A stretch of 42,446 nt of DNA from Patescibacteria group bacterium (GTDB taxonomy: Bacteria; Patescibacteriota; Gracilibacteria; UBA1369; PNNO01), in contig JBHPIO010000011.1 of assembly GCA_042568575.1 (NCBI GenBank), positions 1-42,446 of the forward strand. The letters are read 5' to 3'. Below, one piece after another: positions 35,853-42,446 of the stretch. How positions within the stretch are numbered: the stretch's first letter is position 1; each line of letters opens with the position of its first letter. Under the pieces are notes generated by a model, which ran no database searches, had not been told where the DNA came from, and saw nothing but the letters and a program-made list of their open reading frames with translations. The translations under genes were made by a program, and so were the position numbers.

Positions 35853-37634
35853 ATGTCACAAGGAACAGGTTCAGTTAGGGAGGCTCTTGCGCCTTTCAGG
35901 CGTACATTGAGCGGCACCATCATTGGGTTCATCATGGCCCATGTGTTGTGTGTCGTGAACATGTACGTCACGCTCAAGATCGGAGTGATGGAGGAGGGTT
36001 TCGTTTCGGCGGCCCTCATGTACTGCATGATCATGATGCCGTGGTTCATGATCCTCTGGCTCATCGGGAAAATCACCGGCAATATACGAGACGAGGGAAA
36101 GAAGCGCTTCACGTCCGAGAATCTCGTGATGGTGGGAACCATCGGGAGCGCCGGCGGAAGTTTCGCCTTCATGGGGAACTTCTTCGCCGCCTACGAGTTT
36201 ATTGGTCAGCCGCTCACAATCTGGCAAATGGCTGGTTTTTCGTTCCTGGGAAGCGTGCTCGGACTGGCAGTAACGCCCTTCTTCCGAGAACTCTTCCTGG
36301 TGAAGCACAAGCTCCCCTGGCCCATGAGCCAAGCAGCGATCGAGTTCATCAAGACTATCACCGATAGCGGTGAGGAGGCGATGAAACGCGTGAAACTCAT
36401 GGCTGTATTCATGGGACTGACGGTGGCCTTCATCGTGCTCCACACGCTCTTCCCCAAGATCGTGATCGGGGCGTACGTTTACAAGCCCATGGCAGCTCTT
36501 GGAGTCGGTATCGCACTGTCTCCTCTTTTGCTCGGTGCGGGGCTCCTGATCGGACTCCGAACCGGCATGGGCTTCCTCGCTGGCGCTGTCATCATGCTCG
36601 TCTTCACTCAGTACATCCCGCTCTACCCGGTCAAGCCACCCCATGTCTACATGTGGCCTGGCATCGGTTTCCTCATCGCCATCGGCATCACCGATGTGGT
36701 CATGAAGAGGAAAATCCTGTGGGAAGCAGCCCAGGTATCCTTCGGATGGAAGGAGAAAGAAAAGACCGGCGAGCAACAGGAAGACCAAGCCGAATCGCAA
36801 AAGGTTTCCAAATTCGCGATCGGCGCACTAATCCTGGTCATTACCATCTTCGCTCACATCTGGTTCGGTGTAGCCTGGTACGCAATGCTCATCACCATCG
36901 CTCTCGGTGTGACCATCCTGAACCTCATCTGCAACCTCGGAGCCGGGACGACCGGCTTCAATCCGGTTCGCGTAGCTGGAGTCATTCTGGTTGTGATCGC
37001 AGCTGGCATTATGGGAGGGCCTGCACCTGCTATTTCGCTCGCTGCAGCTATTTTGGCAGGAGCAAGCATCGGTGCAAGCGCGCTCCTCCTGCAAGATCAA
37101 GTGATCGGACATGAGTTCAAAGTCACCCCGAAAACCCAGATGATCGCACAAGGGGTGACGTTCCTGTCCGTATCGATCCTCTCGGCGTACGCCTTCAACA
37201 TGATCAAGGACATCATCGGGGTGAACAATCTCTATGCTCCTGTTGCCAAGCTGTGGGCTGGATCAGCCCAAATCGCAACCAAAGGAGGATCACTCCCGCC
37301 TTACACGTACCACGCTCTGGCCATCGGCGCCATGTTCGGCATCATCTTCGGCATCGTCGATCACTACGTTGACCAGAAGATCGGAAAAACCATGGAGGAA
37401 GACAAGACCAAGAAGCTTCCTCTGCTCAACCTGATTCCGCGCGGACTCGGTATCGGCCTGGCCTTGATCCTGCCGATCTTCTACAACACCGCGTTCTTCG
37501 CCGGCGGACTCATCTGTGCTGTCCTGATCCTCACAAGGGTCACCAAGTCGTCGATCTTCATCATCGGCTCGGCGCTCATCGTGGCAGACGGCATCACCAA
37601 CCTGATCATCGGCATCGGGAAACAGTTCATCTAG
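35853..37634 (+). CDS. OPT/YSL family oligopeptide transporter
   Basis: NMYVTLKIG, EN..V.T.GSAG, LPWP...A, LLQD...GH...TPK.Q..AQ and APVA.LW motifs, many TM helices, purine-rich SD, GC-rich codon usage. Confidence 0.85.
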   Translation: MSQGTGSVREALAPFRRTLSGTIIGFIMAHVLCVVNMYVTLKIGVMEEGFVSAALMYCMIMMPWFMILWLIGKITGNIRDEGKKRFTSENLVMVGTIGSAGGSFAFMGNFFAAYEFIGQPLTIWQMAGFSFLGSVLGLAVTPFFRELFLVKHKLPWPMSQAAIEFIKTITDSGEEAMKRVKLMAVFMGLTVAFIVLHTLFPKIVIGAYVYKPMAALGVGIALSPLLLGAGLLIGLRTGMGFLAGAVIMLVFTQYIPLYPVKPPHVYMWPGIGFLIAIGITDVVMKRKILWEAAQVSFGWKEKEKTGEQQEDQAESQKVSKFAIGALILVITIFAHIWFGVAWYAMLITIALGVTILNLICNLGAGTTGFNPVRVAGVILVVIAAGIMGGPAPAISLAAAILAGASIGASALLLQDQVIGHEFKVTPKTQMIAQGVTFLSVSILSAYAFNMIKDIIGVNNLYAPVAKLWAGSAQIATKGGSLPPYTYHALAIGAMFGIIFGIVDHYVDQKIGKTMEEDKTKKLPLLNLIPRGLGIGLALILPIFYNTAFFAGGLICAVLILTRVTKSSIFIIGSALIVADGITNLIIGIGKQFI

Positions 37635-37708
37635 GAGGTCAAACAACAACTCGATTTTCGGTTGGAGTACTTCACCCTGCATTCGCAGAGTCGACTTACT
37701 TCTATTGA

Positions 37709-37741
37709 CGCGGGGGAGATAACATCAAACCCGCGGCTTTT
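37709..37741 (+). terminator. Possible intrinsic terminator after the OPT gene
   Basis: CGCGGG...CCCGCG stem followed by GCTTTT. Confidence 0.4.
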
Positions 37742-37751
37742 ACATACCCTG

Positions 37752-37780
37752 TTGACAAAAACCCGCTTTTCATGCACAAT
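37752..37780 (+). promoter_or_regulatory. Sigma70 promoter
   Basis: TTGACA-17 nt-CACAAT upstream of ATG 37802. Confidence 0.55.
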
Positions 37781-37801
37781 ACTCTCCTCGTAAAAATTAT
37801 T

Positions 37802-38839
37802 ATGAAAAAACACCTCCTAGTCGCGGTTACCATGCTATTTGTTGCCTTCTTCTCTCTTTCGAGTGATGCATTTGCGCAAAGCATGATGCCGATTCCAAAC
37901 GACTACAGTGTTTCTAGATCAACACTTAATGCTGAAAATGAGCTTTATCTTCCACCTAAGGCGATTATTAAAGTGCGAAACAATACAGGAAACAAGGATC
38001 AGCTTTCTGGTACAACAGCTACGACCTTCACATTCAATGGAAACGGCTCTTATGACACGGAAACGTCATCAAGCGATCTTGAAGTTCGTTATGATTTTGA
38101 AAATAACGGGATAGTAGATACGTATTTTTCCCGTAGAAAAATAGCAAAACATATTTATGAAACTCCAGGATGGAAAACAGTTAAAATGGAGGTTCTAGAC
38201 CTGGAAGGAAACGTTTCTGAGGCTACTCAAAAAATATATGTTGTTGAAAACACAAGACCAGAGGCGCATTTCACTATTTCTCCTGAAATTGGAACTCCTG
38301 GAACAAGATTTAATTTAAAGACAAATTTATCTTCAGACGACCAGTATGCAAGTCGTCAGTTATATTATCGATTTGATTTTGATGGAGATGGTGTTTACGA
38401 CACCAAATATAGATCTAAAACTACCTGGGATCATAAATTCGATAAACCAGGATTAAAAAATGTAACTTTGGAAGTTCGTGATCCAGAAGGCGCAACATCT
38501 ACTTATTCACAACTTGTTTTTGTTAAAGAAAATTCTAAACCAAAAGCTGACTTTAAAATCACACCAATAAAACAAGGAGATGATTTTGTTCGATACGAGT
38601 TGGATGCAAGCGAATCATATGATTTGGACGACAAAAAACTGAGTTATAAATGGGATTTTGACTACAATGGCAAAAATGACATTCAGTGGAATACAACTTG
38701 GTATAGATCAAACAAGGCATATGCCACTTTCTACAAATCTGGAAAATACATTGTGCGACTTCTTGTACATGACAAAGATGGCTCAACCGATGAATCCTTT
38801 GCCACGCTCATTGTAAATCTAATTTCAGACAGCAATTAG
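37802..38839 (+). CDS. Secreted protein with three PKD domains
   Basis: Signal peptide (…AFA|Q) and three repeats of P.A.F...S.D...Y.(W/F)DF..DG...H.(Y/F)..PG...V.L.V.D..G. Confidence 0.85.
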   Translation: MKKHLLVAVTMLFVAFFSLSSDAFAQSMMPIPNDYSVSRSTLNAENELYLPPKAIIKVRNNTGNKDQLSGTTATTFTFNGNGSYDTETSSSDLEVRYDFENNGIVDTYFSRRKIAKHIYETPGWKTVKMEVLDLEGNVSEATQKIYVVENTRPEAHFTISPEIGTPGTRFNLKTNLSSDDQYASRQLYYRFDFDGDGVYDTKYRSKTTWDHKFDKPGLKNVTLEVRDPEGATSTYSQLVFVKENSKPKADFKITPIKQGDDFVRYELDASESYDLDDKKLSYKWDFDYNGKNDIQWNTTWYRSNKAYATFYKSGKYIVRLLVHDKDGSTDESFATLIVNLISDSN

Positions 38840-38927
38840 ACCTTTTTAAAGCATTGCCCTCATTGCAAAAAAGTCTTTTTCGTGATAGAATTATATAATC
38901 GAATTTAAATTTTAAACAAATATAAAA

Positions 38928-40019
38928 ATGAAAAAACAATTTTCAGTATCGCCGATAAGTGTACTTTTAGTGATACTAATTTCTGGAGTGTTTTACTCAA
39001 TTGCCTTATCAGCAAGCATACCTGTTCCTGTAAAAATAGACGAGCCACCAAAAATAGTAAATCCAATCGTTTGCGGTGACGGAGAACTCGAAACCGGAGA
39101 ACAGTGTGATGATGGAAACACAAGTAATGTCGATGCATGTTTAAACAGCTGTTTAAATGCATCCTGTGGTGACGGATATGTTAGAACAGGCGTAGAAGAT
39201 TGTGATGATGGTAATACTGCAAATGGAGATGGATGTTCAAGCACATGTGCAGAAGAACAACAGCAACAGAATTTTAACATACAATTTGTATTCGACATTA
39301 TGCCTCTAGTTTCGGACAGATATTCTGTTCTACAGAGTTGGTCACCAGATGCAGAGGTTGGATTTGTTTCCGTACAAGATGAGCCATTAAGCTACATCAC
39401 GGCTCCGGATGATCTCATAGAACTGTGTTTAACACCTCCTTGTGACGATCCCCCAATTTCAAATGTTGTCCCAACATTTTCTGGCTTGAAGCTTGGCGGA
39501 TACATTATTCCTGATGATGATTCTTTTATAGAACCACACACTCTTGCAATTTTAGGAAATATTATCCTTCAAGGAACAAGAACTATTTCTGCAGGACCAG
39601 AAAACAGCTCAGATCCAGTAATTATTGATGATGACCTTGAAGTGACTGACGCAATTAGAGCAGATGAAATTGGTAAATTCTATGATTGGGATTCAAGTCT
39701 TGGAGATCCAAACTATGACACAACGTATGCATTTGCAGATGTTGTTGGAACAAATAAAATTTTCCAAACATTCTGTGACACTGGAGATATCGCGGTACAG
39801 TGTGGAGGATTTATGTGTCCGGATTCAGCGGGAGACAAATATCTAGGGTCATTTACATACGGATCTATGTGCCAAATATTTGTTTATGATGGTGGAGGCT
39901 CAGTTTATGCAACAGACGCCGCAGGGAACAACACAACAATAGGTTGTGGTGATGCTGGAAGCGCACTTGTGGATGTTACTTGCTTCTCTCCTGATGGAGG
40001 ATTTAGCAAGACATTGTAA
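38928..40019 (+). CDS. Secreted protein with Cys-rich repeats (DUF4215/Myxococcus type) and a C-terminal Cys-containing domain
   Basis: N-terminal signal/TM, then [16 protein letters not shown] and [28 protein letters not shown] repeats. Confidence 0.82.
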   Translation: MKKQFSVSPISVLLVILISGVFYSIALSASIPVPVKIDEPPKIVNPIVCGDGELETGEQCDDGNTSNVDACLNSCLNASCGDGYVRTGVEDCDDGNTANGDGCSSTCAEEQQQQNFNIQFVFDIMPLVSDRYSVLQSWSPDAEVGFVSVQDEPLSYITAPDDLIELCLTPPCDDPPISNVVPTFSGLKLGGYIIPDDDSFIEPHTLAILGNIILQGTRTISAGPENSSDPVIIDDDLEVTDAIRADEIGKFYDWDSSLGDPNYDTTYAFADVVGTNKIFQTFCDTGDIAVQCGGFMCPDSAGDKYLGSFTYGSMCQIFVYDGGGSVYATDAAGNNTTIGCGDAGSALVDVTCFSPDGGFSKTL

Positions 40020-40021
40020 GA

Positions 40022-40423
40022 TTAATTGAGTTGGATAACACCTTTTAAGGCCTGCTCTTTACCTGAGTTAACTTCTAAATAACTTAGGCATTGTTTTTGA
40101 GCAAGTGGTTCTAAAATCTCTAAACAAAGATTTGCATCTAACTCCTCTTTTGCTTTGTTGAAATAAATTTTATCTAAACATTCTTGTTTGGAAATTTCAT
40201 TCGGAAATATTTCACAATCAACAAGATTAAGGCTTTCGGATGTAACCTCTCTTAAAAGCAATGCATCACTCTCTGCTTCTAATGGAACGATCGGCTCCTG
40301 CTCATTTTGGGAATCAACATTCTCTGTTTCCAATTGCTCATCCTGAGCTGTATCACCTCCACATCCAGAAACGACAAAAAGCAAAGCAATAATTGAAGAA
40401 AAGATAAATACGCGTTTTAGCAT
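40022..40423 (-). CDS. Lipoprotein with four-Cys helical repeat region (paralog 1)
   Basis: Lipobox VSGC, acidic linker, C...C...C...C spacing shared with 41150..41602. Confidence 0.75.
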   Translation of the reverse strand: MLKRVFIFSSIIALLFVVSGCGGDTAQDEQLETENVDSQNEQEPIVPLEAESDALLLREVTSESLNLVDCEIFPNEISKQECLDKIYFNKAKEELDANLCLEILEPLAQKQCLSYLEVNSGKEQALKGVIQLN

Positions 40424-40562
40424 TGGAAAGAGGTTAGTTTTATATCGCTGCTTGCTATTATATATTAAAGATTATACAAATACAAAGTGCTGCTCTCTTT
40501 GCAAAAAAGCCCTTTTAGTGGTAGAATTATGTAATGAAATATAACTTTTTAAACAAATAAAC

Positions 40563-41153
40563 ATGAATGACCACAAATTTAAACTACTTACGCTAGCAAT
40601 CGTTGGAGTGATTGGTATTAGCATCGCTCTCGTTGCACCTAATCCATCTATTGCAGCGCCTCCAGGAAATCCGCCAACTGCTAATGTAAGCCCAAATTTT
40701 ACTGACGTAGACCTATCTGGAGATCTTGACGTATTTGGCTCTATAAAAAACACCAAAACTTTAACTGTTCCTGGGCCGCCATGTGGCTGGAGTCCATGGC
40801 CATTTTGGCAATGTACAGGACCTACAAGCACTTGGCATTTCTCCGCATTTGTTAACGACGGTTTAGATGTAAATGGACATTTGCAGGCTAATTCAATTGG
40901 AAAGATAACAGTGCGTTCTGGTTCAGCATCAATTCTAGCTGGGTTACACGGAGGAGCTACTGCATCCTGTTATTCAAGTGAAATACGTCTCAGTTGTGGA
41001 GGTGGTTTTAATGCAGGTTTAAACATGAATCTTAATTACATTCAACCTTTGGCTGGAACAACTACTAGTTGTATTGCATACGCGACCAATAATACTGGTT
41101 CAACTCGAACAATAAATGCATATGCTACATGTTTAGACCCAGACGGGGTTTAA
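40563..41153 (+). CDS. Secreted protein paralogous to the C-terminal part of 38928..40019
   Basis: Signal peptide, with shared motifs NV.P.F, D.L.V...(I/L).A..IGK, C....I...CGG and TC..PDG. Confidence 0.75.
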   Translation: MNDHKFKLLTLAIVGVIGISIALVAPNPSIAAPPGNPPTANVSPNFTDVDLSGDLDVFGSIKNTKTLTVPGPPCGWSPWPFWQCTGPTSTWHFSAFVNDGLDVNGHLQANSIGKITVRSGSASILAGLHGGATASCYSSEIRLSCGGGFNAGLNMNLNYIQPLAGTTTSCIAYATNNTGSTRTINAYATCLDPDGV

Positions 41154-41602
41154 GAAGGTAACTCTTGAGAATCTATAAACTCTTGTTCAACGATTTTACT
41201 TTGAACATAGTTTTTGCAATCTTCTTTTTCTCTTTCAATTGCTATTGGATCACATAAAGATTCATCTAGTTCTGCCGCTGCCTGGTTTAAATATACTTTA
41301 GCTTCACACGTATCACGCATTCTTTGATCAGCAAAGAATTCACATTCTTCAAGTTTCAAATCTTCGTTTTCTGTAATTTGGTCAAATGCTTGTAGTTCAA
41401 CTAATGAATCGTCAGACCCTGCTTCTGCAGGCTCGTCAATTCCTGCTTCTGTATCTGTTTCTTCTGGCTGCATAACTTCAGGTGCTGTATCTTCCACCAT
41501 TGTATCTTGAGGGGTCACTTGTTCTTCCTGCTGTGTATCTCCACATCCGTTTAGTGCAAGGAACATTAATGGCACGATTGCAATGATTGCTAGTTTTTTC
41601 AT
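41150..41602 (-). CDS. Lipoprotein with four-Cys helical repeat region (paralog 2)
   Basis: Lipobox LNGC, acidic linker, CEFF...C..KVYLN.A..ELD..LC..I......C..Y. Confidence 0.75.
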   Translation of the reverse strand: MKKLAIIAIVPLMFLALNGCGDTQQEEQVTPQDTMVEDTAPEVMQPEETDTEAGIDEPAEAGSDDSLVELQAFDQITENEDLKLEECEFFADQRMRDTCEAKVYLNQAAAELDESLCDPIAIEREKEDCKNYVQSKIVEQEFIDSQELPS

Positions 41603-41678
41603 GTGTTTTAGTTAATAATATTCACTCGAAAGTATAAATGTAGTACAGTGTGCAGGCAAGTTTTTTCCCAAGCTTTAT

Positions 41679-42446
41679 ATGAACATTGTTATTAAAACTC
41701 TCGGGTGCAAAGCCAATCGCTATGAATCGGACAAGATTCAGGATAAATTCGGCGATCACTTTAATGTAGTTGATATTCAAACAAACCAGCCTAAACACGC
41801 CGACGTTATTATTGTAAATACTTGCACTGTTACACATGTGGCAGACAGAAAGTCGCGTCAGGCCATTTCCAACCTTAAAAAGCAATATCCAGCAGCAAAA
41901 GTAATAGTCTTTGGATGTGGAGCAAATACTGATCGTGAAGGATATAAAGACCTTCCAAACGTTGATTATGTTATTCAAGAGCCACAAAAGCTTTACGACC
42001 TATTGGAAGAGCTTTCTGGGCAATTTGAAAACACTTGTGAAACTGAAAGTTTTGGTGAAAATCGTACAAGAACACTTATAAAGATCCAAGACGGATGCAA
42101 TAATTTTTGTTCATACTGCATAATCCCCTACGCGCGAGGCCGTGAGAAAAGTCGACCACTAGAAGAAATCATTAAAGAAATAAACGAAAAATGTGAAAAA
42201 GGATACAAAGAGGTTGTACTTACCGGTATTAATATCGGAATGTGGAAAGAAAACGAGAAGGATCTTGCGGATCTTATTAGCGATATTCTTGATAAAACAA
42301 CTATTGCGAGGTTACGATTAAGCTCAATTGAACCTCAGAATTTCTCAAAGAGGTTCCTTGAGTTGTTTAGTAATCCAAGATTCTGCCCTCATCTGCATAT
42401 TTCGCTTCAATCAGGATCCGACACGATTCTTAAGAGCATGAGAAGA
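41679..42446 (+). CDS. mtaB: tRNA methylthiotransferase MtaB (MiaB-like), 3'-truncated by window edge
   Basis: Missing from the ORF track because it has no stop in the window. It reads MNIVIKTLGCKANRYES...VNTCTVTHVADRKSRQ...KIQDGCNNFCSYCIIPYARG...LRLSSIEP...HLHISLQSG. Confidence 0.88.
   Translation, partial: MNIVIKTLGCKANRYESDKIQDKFGDHFNVVDIQTNQPKHADVIIVNTCTVTHVADRKSRQAISNLKKQYPAAKVIVFGCGANTDREGYKDLPNVDYVIQEPQKLYDLLEELSGQFENTCETESFGENRTRTLIKIQDGCNNFCSYCIIPYARGREKSRPLEEIIKEINEKCEKGYKEVVLTGINIGMWKENEKDLADLISDILDKTTIARLRLSSIEPQNFSKRFLELFSNPRFCPHLHISLQSGSDTILKSMRR

Noticed and set aside
35871-36800. 309-aa antisense ORF and other overlapping ORFs in the OPT gene
   Set aside because: These are expected shadows of a GC-rich, C-ending, hydrophobic coding strand and have no recognisable motifs.

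Overview
AT-rich bacterial chromosomal window, most consistent with a Patescibacteria/CPR genome, probably Peregrinibacteria-like. This placement is inferred from gene content: a CPR-type VirB4/HerA-like ATPase, an FtsA-like gene next to a baseplate-J-like gene, form III RuBisCO, CarS, and scarce Shine-Dalgarno sites. The genetic code is 11. (1) 1-6.4 kb: end of a CbiM/PDGLE Ni/Co uptake locus, then a tRNA-Ile2(CAT) gene split at U33/C34 by a 605-nt group I intron that carries an antisense HNH endonuclease in its P1 loop. Orphan genes separated by degenerate copies of the tRNA 3' end follow, ending at tRNA-Ala(GGC). (2) 7.4-15.4 kb, the main finding: a hybrid hydrogenase locus. A [NiFe]-maturation HypC domain is fused to an [FeFe]-maturase HydE-like radical SAM enzyme and translationally coupled to an intact HydG. 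These lie just upstream of a group 3-type [NiFe]-hydrogenase small/large pair and a hydrogenase maturation protease-like gene. No hydA/hydF or hypD/E/F is visible in the window, suggesting a HydG/HydE-based route to the Fe(CO)x(CN)y unit of a [NiFe] enzyme. (3) 15.7-35.7 kb: Fur regulator, ferredoxin, form III RuBisCO, nrnA, a lone ilvB, a deaminase, pepA, the yceD-rpmF-nusB-rnc cluster, ddl and ftsA-like. (4) 35.8-42.4 kb: a GC-rich OPT transporter that looks horizontally acquired, a PKD protein, two paralogous convergent secreted-protein/lipoprotein pairs, and the 5' part of mtaB.
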